DNA of 24,000 nucleotides from Streptomyces sp. 846.5 (GTDB lineage Bacteria; Actinomycetota; Actinomycetes; Streptomycetales; Streptomycetaceae): NCBI GenBank assembly GCA_004365705.1, contig SOBN01000001.1, positions 1,542,555 to 1,566,554 of the forward strand, read 5' to 3'. Shown piece by piece: positions 8,247 to 14,164 of this stretch (position 1 is its first letter; each line of letters starts with the position of its first letter). The notes under the pieces were generated by a model. It saw only the letters and a program-made list of their open reading frames with translations, ran no database searches and was not told where the DNA came from. The position numbers and the translations under genes were made by a program.

Positions 8247-8332
8247 CATGCCCCGGCCCAACGGCCGGGTGGAGGCCCCCGTCCGCACAGACGCCCCGCC
8301 ACCACCCCCGCCAACGGCCAGGAGGCCCCACC

Positions 8333-9349
8333 ATGAACGCCGCCGCTCTCACCACCGCCCCCTCGACGACCCGCGTCCTCACCGGCGACCGCCCCACCGG
8401 ACCACTGCACCTCGGCCACTACTTCGGCACCCTGCAGAACCGGGTCCGGCTGCAGCACCAGGGCGCCGAGCTGATGCTGGTCATCGCCGACTACCAGGTA
8501 CTGACCGACCGGGACGTCGCCGACCGGCTCAGCGAACACGTCGAACGACTGGTACTGGACTATCTCGCCGTCGGCGTCGACCCGGACCGCAGCACCGTCT
8601 TCGCCCACAGCGCCGTCCCAGCCCTCAACCAGCTGCTGCTGCCCTTCCTCAGCCTGGTCTCGGTCGCCGAGCTCGGCCGCAACCCCACCGTCAAGGACGA
8701 GATCGCGCACTCCAGGCAGTCCGCCGTCAGCGGCCTGATGTTCACCTATCCGGCGCACCAGGCCGCCGACATCCTGTTCTGCAAGGCCGGTCTGGTGCCG
8801 ATCGGGCAGGACCAGCTGCCGCACCTGGAGCTCACCCGCACCATCGCCCGCCGCTTCAACGACCGCTACGGCCAGGTCTTCCCGGTGCCGGAGGCGCTCC
8901 TCTCCGAGGCGCCGCTGCTGCTGGGCACGGACGGCGCCAAGATGAGCAAGAGCCGGGGCAACGCCATCGCCCTCTCCGCCTCCGCCGACGAGACCGCGCG
9001 ACTCATCCGCGGCGCGCGGACCGACGCCGACCGCCGGATCAGCTACGACCCGCAGTCGCGTCCCGAGGTCTCCAGCCTGCTGCTCCTGGCCGGCCTCTGC
9101 CTGGACCGCGACCCGCGCGAACTGGCCGGGCAGATCGGTGACGCGGGGTCAGCCGCCCTGAAGCGGCTGGTCACCACCGCCGTCAACGACTACTTCGCCC
9201 CGGCCAGAGCGCGGCGGGCCGAGCTCGCGCAGGACCTGGGCCACGTCCGCGAGATCCTGCGCCAGGGCAACGCCCGCGCCAACGCCGTGGCCGACGAGAC
9301 CCTGGCGCAGGTACGGGCGGCCATGGGCGGACTGGGGGCAGCCGCATAG
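8333..9349 (+). CDS. trpS: Tryptophan--tRNA ligase, TrpRS-II / auxiliary type
   Basis: RVLTGDRPTGPLHLGHY (HIGH-type motif), LVPIGQDQLPHLELTR and KMSKS. ATG 8333 is preceded by AGGAGG. Over its whole length it closely resembles, as I recall it, the Deinococcus TrpRS II / Streptomyces TrpRS1 type. Confidence 0.9.
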   Translation: MNAAALTTAPSTTRVLTGDRPTGPLHLGHYFGTLQNRVRLQHQGAELMLVIADYQVLTDRDVADRLSEHVERLVLDYLAVGVDPDRSTVFAHSAVPALNQLLLPFLSLVSVAELGRNPTVKDEIAHSRQSAVSGLMFTYPAHQAADILFCKAGLVPIGQDQLPHLELTRTIARRFNDRYGQVFPVPEALLSEAPLLLGTDGAKMSKSRGNAIALSASADETARLIRGARTDADRRISYDPQSRPEVSSLLLLAGLCLDRDPRELAGQIGDAGSAALKRLVTTAVNDYFAPARARRAELAQDLGHVREILRQGNARANAVADETLAQVRAAMGGLGAAA

Positions 9350-9368
9350 CACCTCGCTCCTACCACCC

Positions 9369-11138
9369 CTACCGCCCCACGGCGTACCCCTGCATCCCGC
9401 GCGGGTTCGCCGCCGCCGACAGCACCCCCGTCCGCGGATCGCGCGCGACCGCGCACATACGCCCCTCGGACCAGGCGTCCGCCACGGTGACGAGGTGGCC
9501 GCGCCGCCGCAACTCGGCGACCGCCGCCTCGCCCACCCGGGACTCAACGGTGACGCTGCCGGGCCGGCTGGTCCTGGGGTGGAACGAGCTGGGGAAGCTG
9601 TCGGTGTGCCAGTTCGGCGCGTCGATGGCCTCCTGGAGGCTGAGCCCGCCGAGGGCCACGGCCAGAAAGAAGTGCAGCGACCACTGGTCCTGCTGGTCCC
9701 CACCCGGCGTGCCGAACGCGAGCACCGGCTCCCCGTCGCGCAGCGCCAGCGAGGGCGAGAGCGTGGTACGCGGACGACGGCCGGGCATCAGCGAGTTGGG
9801 GAGGCCCGGCTGCAACCATGCCATCTGCAACCGCGTACCGAGCGGGAATCCCAGCTCAGGAATCACCGGGCTGGACTGCAGCCACCCCCCGCTGGGCGTC
9901 GCCGCGACCATGTTCCCCCAGCGGTCGACGATATCGAGATGGCAGGTGTCGCCCCTGGTCACGCCGTCCGAACGGCTCGTCAAACCATCGACAGAGACAG
10001 TAGGTTCGCCCAGCCCAGGCCCCAACTCAGCTCCCTCGACCGGAACCTCCGGCAGCACAGCCTTGCGCCCGCCAGGGCTACCCGGCCGCAGCTCGAGCGA
10101 AGCGGTCTCCCCGATCAACTCCCGCCGCTCGTCGTTGTACTCACGCGACAGCAGGTCGGCCAACGGAACGGACTCCCCCGCGTCCCCATACCAGGCCTCG
10201 CGGTCAGCCATCGCGAGCTTGGCGCCCTCGATCAGGGTGTGCCGATACTCAGGAGCGTCGTAGCCCAACCCCTCCCGCAGCAAGGCAAGTTGCTGGAGAA
10301 AGACCGGCCCCTGGCTCCACCCACCGGCCTTGCAGACCGTCCAGCCGTTCCAGTCATACCTCGCCGGCTCCTCGTACCCGGCCCGGTACCCGCTGAGGTC
10401 GTCGCCGGTAAGCGTGGAAGCGTTCCGACGTCCCGAACTGTCCATCGCAGGCCGCCCGGCGAACTCCACGATCGCCTCGCCGATGAACCCCTCCCGCCAG
10501 ATCCGCCGAGCCGCGTCGATCGCAGCCTCCCGCGAGAGCCCAGCCGTCTCGGCCAGCAACCGCCGCCAGGTCGCCGCGAGCGCAGGATTCCGGAACATCG
10601 CACCCGGCCGCGGCACCGGAAGGTACAACTCCGCAGAGCTGGTCCACTCCCTCTCGAACAGCTCCCGCACGGCCTCCACCGTCGCGGTGACATTGGGCAC
10701 CAACGGATGTCCCCGCTCGGCATACCCAATGGCGTAATCCAGCACCTCCGCCAGCGACTTGGTGCCGTAGTCCCGCAGCAACACCATCCAGGCATCAAAC
10801 GCCCCAGGCACAGCCGCAGCAATCGGCCCAGTACCGGGCACCAGCTCCAACCCCAGCGACCGATAATGCTCGATGGTCGCCCCGGCCGGAGCCGCCCCCT
10901 GCCCGCACAACACCCGCACCCGGCCCCCACCCCCCGCAGCCGCGAACACCACGGGCACCTCCCCGCCGGGCCCATTCAGATGCGGCTCCACCACATGCAA
11001 CACAAACCCCGCCGCCACAGCCGCATCAAAGGCATTCCCACCACCCTCCAACACCGCCATAGCCGACTGCGACGCCAGCCAGTGCGTACTGGAAACCATG
11101 CCGAAGGTGCCCTGCAAAGTCGGTCGAGTAGTGAACAT
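9369..11138 (-). CDS. Gamma-glutamyltransferase family protein
   Basis: MFTTRPTLQGTFGMVSSTHWLASQSAMAVLEGGGNAFDAAVAAG... is a typical GGT-family N-terminus. A candidate autoprocessing Thr sits in RGDTCHLDIVD. ATG 11138 is preceded by GAAGGGGAG. Confidence 0.85.
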   Translation of the reverse strand: MFTTRPTLQGTFGMVSSTHWLASQSAMAVLEGGGNAFDAAVAAGFVLHVVEPHLNGPGGEVPVVFAAAGGGGRVRVLCGQGAAPAGATIEHYRSLGLELVPGTGPIAAAVPGAFDAWMVLLRDYGTKSLAEVLDYAIGYAERGHPLVPNVTATVEAVRELFEREWTSSAELYLPVPRPGAMFRNPALAATWRRLLAETAGLSREAAIDAARRIWREGFIGEAIVEFAGRPAMDSSGRRNASTLTGDDLSGYRAGYEEPARYDWNGWTVCKAGGWSQGPVFLQQLALLREGLGYDAPEYRHTLIEGAKLAMADREAWYGDAGESVPLADLLSREYNDERRELIGETASLELRPGSPGGRKAVLPEVPVEGAELGPGLGEPTVSVDGLTSRSDGVTRGDTCHLDIVDRWGNMVAATPSGGWLQSSPVIPELGFPLGTRLQMAWLQPGLPNSLMPGRRPRTTLSPSLALRDGEPVLAFGTPGGDQQDQWSLHFFLAVALGGLSLQEAIDAPNWHTDSFPSSFHPRTSRPGSVTVESRVGEAAVAELRRRGHLVTVADAWSEGRMCAVARDPRTGVLSAAANPRGMQGYAVGR

Positions 11139-11209
11139 ATGGATGAACTCCCCTTCGCGAGCAGCCGGAATCGCTGAGCGTGACCACTGGAGCAACCACT
11201 AACAGGTGC

Positions 11210-11437
11210 CTACTCACTACGAAGCGGTTCCATCAGCTCGTCCGTGCTCATCGTGGTGCTCGCCCGCCCCCGCAAACCCCGCACCAACCGCTGCCCGCGC
11301 GTCTCGCCGCTCCCCGCACGCACGATCTGCAGGATGTTCCTAACCTCGATCACGTCCAACTCGTCACCCTTTTGCAGGCGGTACTTCTTCCGCAGCGCGG
11401 CGGGGATTGTGGCCTGCCCCTTGCTGTTGAGCCGCAT
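11210..11437 (-). CDS. AbrB/MazE/SpoVT-type DNA-binding antitoxin (VapB-like)
   Basis: MRLNSKGQATIPAALRKKYRLQKGDELDV is a swapped-hairpin AbrB-type N-terminus, and ...GRASTTMSTDELMEPLRSE is a typical VapB C-terminal tail. RBS AGGGAG lies 9 nt upstream of the ATG, which is 23 nt after the upstream stop. Confidence 0.8.
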   Translation of the reverse strand: MRLNSKGQATIPAALRKKYRLQKGDELDVIEVRNILQIVRAGSGETRGQRLVRGLRGRASTTMSTDELMEPLRSE

Positions 11438-11460
11438 GGCGGAGCTCCCTGGGCTGGCTG

Positions 11461-12273
11461 CTATGGCAGCAGGGTGAGTGAGGGGACGTGCGCGGGCTTG
11501 ACAACGCTGAAGTGCCGCAGATCGAGGGTGGCCACCCGGTCCACGCCGAAGCGCTCGGCCACTGCGATGACGGATGCGTCAACCCCGCCGAGCGGGAAAT
11601 CGGCGTACTGGAGAACCAACTCCGGGTGCAGCGCGATCGCGCCCGAGGCGGTGAAGATCTTCTTCTGTCCGCTCTCGTCGACGATCTCGAACGCGGCGAA
11701 GTTCTCTGTGCCGGCCGTGTCCCGCAGATCGTCGAGTACCAGCGGCCACCAGCTCTCCCGGTCTACGAAAGCCGCCGGGTCGGCTTCCTGCAACTGTCTT
11801 TGGAAGTCCTCGAATGCGGCCTGCGCCGCCTCCGGGCTGTCGGTCGCGCCCAGCAGATCGAGGAGGACGTCCAGGGCGAGCAGTGCGGCCGCGAACTCCT
11901 CCGGGCTGGAACTGACGAAGCGCAGCGGCTCGCTGTACCCGAGGAGCATGGCCTGGACACGTCCGTCCGGGTCCGCGACCAGCTCATACGCACGGTCCGA
12001 GCCGAGGCGGGACCAGGACAGGTACTCGGCGGAGCGCAACGATTTCGACGTCGCCACCGCGTACTCGCGCAGCGCTGCGGGCTCGCTCGCGGCGGTGCGG
12101 AAGTACGGGCCGGCCTGGAGCGGCAGCGTCAGTGCCGCGATCCTGGACAGCGCCGCCGCCTCCGGGGCCGCAGGGTCGCTCACGGCCGCATCGGCGCCGA
12201 ACCGTCGCAGCCCCCCGTCGCCGAACCAGGCGGCCATGGCCTCGTCGAGCCGGGCGCCTTCCGGGTGGCTCAC
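11461..12273 (-). CDS. SUKH-4-like immunity protein fused in frame to a C-terminal PIN (VapC) remnant
   Basis: Residues 1-~190 resemble SUKH-4 immunity proteins (LGSDRAYELVADPDGRVQAML..., ...LQEADPAAFVDRESWWPLVLDDL). Residues ~195-270 (nt 11464-11691) read like the last half of a VapC PIN domain (LVLQYADFPLGGVDASVIAVAERFGVDRVATLDLRHFSVVKPAHVPSLTLLP). The GTG start overlaps the upstream stop (GTGA). An alternative ATG is at 12237. Confidence 0.7.
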   Translation of the reverse strand: MSHPEGARLDEAMAAWFGDGGLRRFGADAAVSDPAAPEAAALSRIAALTLPLQAGPYFRTAASEPAALREYAVATSKSLRSAEYLSWSRLGSDRAYELVADPDGRVQAMLLGYSEPLRFVSSSPEEFAAALLALDVLLDLLGATDSPEAAQAAFEDFQRQLQEADPAAFVDRESWWPLVLDDLRDTAGTENFAAFEIVDESGQKKIFTASGAIALHPELVLQYADFPLGGVDASVIAVAERFGVDRVATLDLRHFSVVKPAHVPSLTLLP

Positions 12274-12851
12274 TCTCCGAACGTCCTCACGTATTCCAAA
12301 ACCGTGTACCAGGTCGCGTCAGGGTTCTGCAGGGCGACCGGATCGGCCGCACGCATGACGGCGAGAAGCCGTTCGTCCACTCCCTCGCCGAAATCCTCGT
12401 CGTCCTCGTACCCGTTCTCCTCGGCGAATTCGGCATCGTAGTTGGGGCGCTCGGCCTCGACGCTGTAGAGGAAGTAGAGGAAGTCGTCCAGACTGCTGTT
12501 GAGCAGATAGGGGTCGGCGCCGCTCCCCGGAATGCAGTAGACGGCACCGCTCGCGGCGTCGACGACCATGTTGTCGTAGGGAATTCCGCCGATGGCGATC
12601 CACTCGTCGAAGACCAGGTCCGACGATGGATGCAGCTCGCGGCCGCGCGGCCAGCCCTTGTCCGCGATCTCGGCCGGCAGGTCCTTGACCGTCTGGAACC
12701 ATCCGGTGTGCTGGTCGGGCAGACCGACGTCGCGCAGCAGTTCGCGGGTTCGTCCGTGGGAGACCGGCGCAAGGGCGCTCTCCGGTACGGTGACCAGGTC
12801 AGCGGCTGGAAAGACCGACTCCATCAGAGCCCGGTCGACGGTCTGCGGCAT
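12270..12851 (-). CDS. SUKH-4 family immunity protein (candidate cognate immunity of the deaminase toxin)
   Basis: TRELLRDVGLP..., IPYDNMVVDAASGAVYCIP, LLNSSLDDFLYFLYSV, an acidic C-terminal half, and a position directly downstream of the toxin domain gene (68-nt gap). This matches my recollection of SUKH-4 proteins that follow actinobacterial deaminase toxins. Confidence 0.7.
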   Translation of the reverse strand: MPQTVDRALMESVFPAADLVTVPESALAPVSHGRTRELLRDVGLPDQHTGWFQTVKDLPAEIADKGWPRGRELHPSSDLVFDEWIAIGGIPYDNMVVDAASGAVYCIPGSGADPYLLNSSLDDFLYFLYSVEAERPNYDAEFAEENGYEDDEDFGEGVDERLLAVMRAADPVALQNPDATWYTVLEYVRTFGE

Positions 12852-12919
12852 GCCTCGTATCCTATCTGTTCCGGTGCAACCGCCGTACAGCGGCCAGGTG
12901 GTGCTGGTGCGGTGCCGGC

Positions 12920-13702
12920 TCAGCGCCCGCCGGGAACCAGTGCGTCAAGGTACTTGCGCATCGCCTCATTGCCGGCCGTCCGTGACGCCTCGGTACTTCC
13001 GTACTCGATGCTGTGCGACACCTTCATGCCGGAGGACATGTACTTGCTCATCCAGGCACTGCAGTTGACGCTGTTTGTACAGGGTGCTCTTTCCGTGTAG
13101 AGCTCGGTGACCCCGCCCGACGTCCCCCGCTGCAGGAAGGGGATCCCCAGCGCACGTTCGGAATGCGTGGGGTACATGCTGCGTCCGACCAGGATGAATC
13201 CTCCCGGGTCTCCGGGCTCGCCGTACCTGACAGCCGCATAGTTCTTGCTGGTGAACTTCTTCCCACGGTAGGTCCCGTAGTCCCCCGCCTCGTGCCGGGC
13301 CAGCTGGGTGGCAGCGGCCAGGTCGGTACTGCCGACCGGTACCTCGGCCGAGGCCCGCCGACGGCTCTCGCCCTCTTCGATCTTGGGCAGGTTGTAGGGG
13401 CTGTCCTTGCCGACCGGACGCTCCGGAACCCTGCTGTTGCCGTCCAGCCCCAGCGGCAGGGCCGCACGCTCCGCCTCGGTCAGCGGAACCGGCCCATGGG
13501 GGGTGAGCCGGTCGACCGCCAGGTCGTCGTTCAGACGGTAGACCGGGGTCTCCCCGATCTTCCCGTGCAGGTCCTGGCGGGCCTTGTCGAGGGCCGCCAT
13601 TCTTGCCTCATGCTCGGCGTCGGCCGCGGCGGTGTTCTCGGCTACATCGACGGCCCCCTTCTCGGTGTCCTTGAGGATTCCGTGGTAGGCGTCGGTGAAC
13701 AT
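12920..13702 (-). CDS. Polymorphic-toxin C-terminal module: helical linker plus DddA/SCP1.201-like cytidine-deaminase-fold toxin domain
   Basis: Zinc/catalytic motif H180-S-E182 (nt 13157-13165) and P-C208-x5-C214 (nt 13061-13081). The E-to-first-Cys spacing of 26 equals what I recall for DddA (E1347 to C1373). The gene sits upstream of SUKH-4 genes. Coding signal continues upstream in the -1 frame to ATG 13766 (MSEIAEVFSGAAKKIGKAVVKD), so the ATG at 13702 may not be the ancestral start. Confidence 0.7.
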   Translation of the reverse strand: MFTDAYHGILKDTEKGAVDVAENTAAADAEHEARMAALDKARQDLHGKIGETPVYRLNDDLAVDRLTPHGPVPLTEAERAALPLGLDGNSRVPERPVGKDSPYNLPKIEEGESRRRASAEVPVGSTDLAAATQLARHEAGDYGTYRGKKFTSKNYAAVRYGEPGDPGGFILVGRSMYPTHSERALGIPFLQRGTSGGVTELYTERAPCTNSVNCSAWMSKYMSSGMKVSHSIEYGSTEASRTAGNEAMRKYLDALVPGGR

Positions 13703-13762
13703 CCTTGACCACCGCCTTGCCGATCTTCTTGGCCGCTCCCGAGAAGACTTCCGCTATCTCGC

Positions 13763-14146
13763 TCATGAGAAGTCCAACCACGCGAACTTGCCGGTGAACA
13801 CCGTCGCGTGGCCCTGCACCGCTGCCGCGTGCTGCCCGATCACGGCGGCGTGGGCCTTCAGGTCCGCCGGGTGGATCCGGAACCCGTCGCGCGGCCCGTT
13901 CCCCGAGACGCCCAGGGTGTCCTCCAGCGCCGAATAGCTCATCCCGGCCACGGCCTTCTCGACGGTCCCCAGCAGCGGGGTCAGCGCCGCCTCGATCACC
14001 TGGGCGGTGATGTACTGGATCAGCATCTGCTTCAGGTACTCCACCGCCAGGTCGGCGGCCTCCACGAGGGCCGCCTCCGCCGCCTCGGCGAGCCCCAGGG
14101 TGACCACCGCCGCGGCCTGGTCCGCCACGAACGAGACCGCCAGCAC
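13763..14146 (-). CDS. Middle segment of the interrupted WXG100-like polymorphic toxin (hydrophobic/helical region)
   Basis: It is in the same frame as 14165-14485, and the frame is open right up to the TAG at 14165-14167. There is no SD-like sequence before GTG 14146. LAVSFVADQAAAVVTLGLAEAAEAAL...IEAALTPLLGTVEKAVAG and IHPADLKAHAAVIGQHAAAVQGH resemble the region that follows the N-terminal domain in single-polypeptide actinobacterial toxins. Confidence 0.6.
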   Translation of the reverse strand: MLAVSFVADQAAAVVTLGLAEAAEAALVEAADLAVEYLKQMLIQYITAQVIEAALTPLLGTVEKAVAGMSYSALEDTLGVSGNGPRDGFRIHPADLKAHAAVIGQHAAAVQGHATVFTGKFAWLDFS

Positions 14147-14164
14147 GGCCAGTTCGGCTATGCA

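Noticed and set aside
8031-8288. The long N-terminal extension of the antiporter ORF (start at 8288).
   Set aside because: The extension is Arg/Gly/Cys-rich and overlaps the trpS promoter and leader. ATG 8030 has an AGGGAGG RBS and starts directly with the first TM helix typical of CPA transporters.
8171-8332. The 54-residue N-terminal extension of the trpS track ORF (MALLLGAATSHARTTRRAV...).
   Set aside because: ATG 8333 has a perfect AGGAGG RBS and the TrpRS homology begins there. The extension covers the leader-peptide and attenuator hairpins and has a non-protein-like composition.
9360-9377. CTACCACCC / CTACCGCCC tandem 9-mers giving two in-frame stop codons (TAG GGG TGG TAG) at the end of the GGT-family gene.
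   Set aside because: The match is 8 of 9 in low-complexity C-rich text, and tandem in-frame stops are common. I noted it only because it resembles the two 13-nt duplications at other gene ends.
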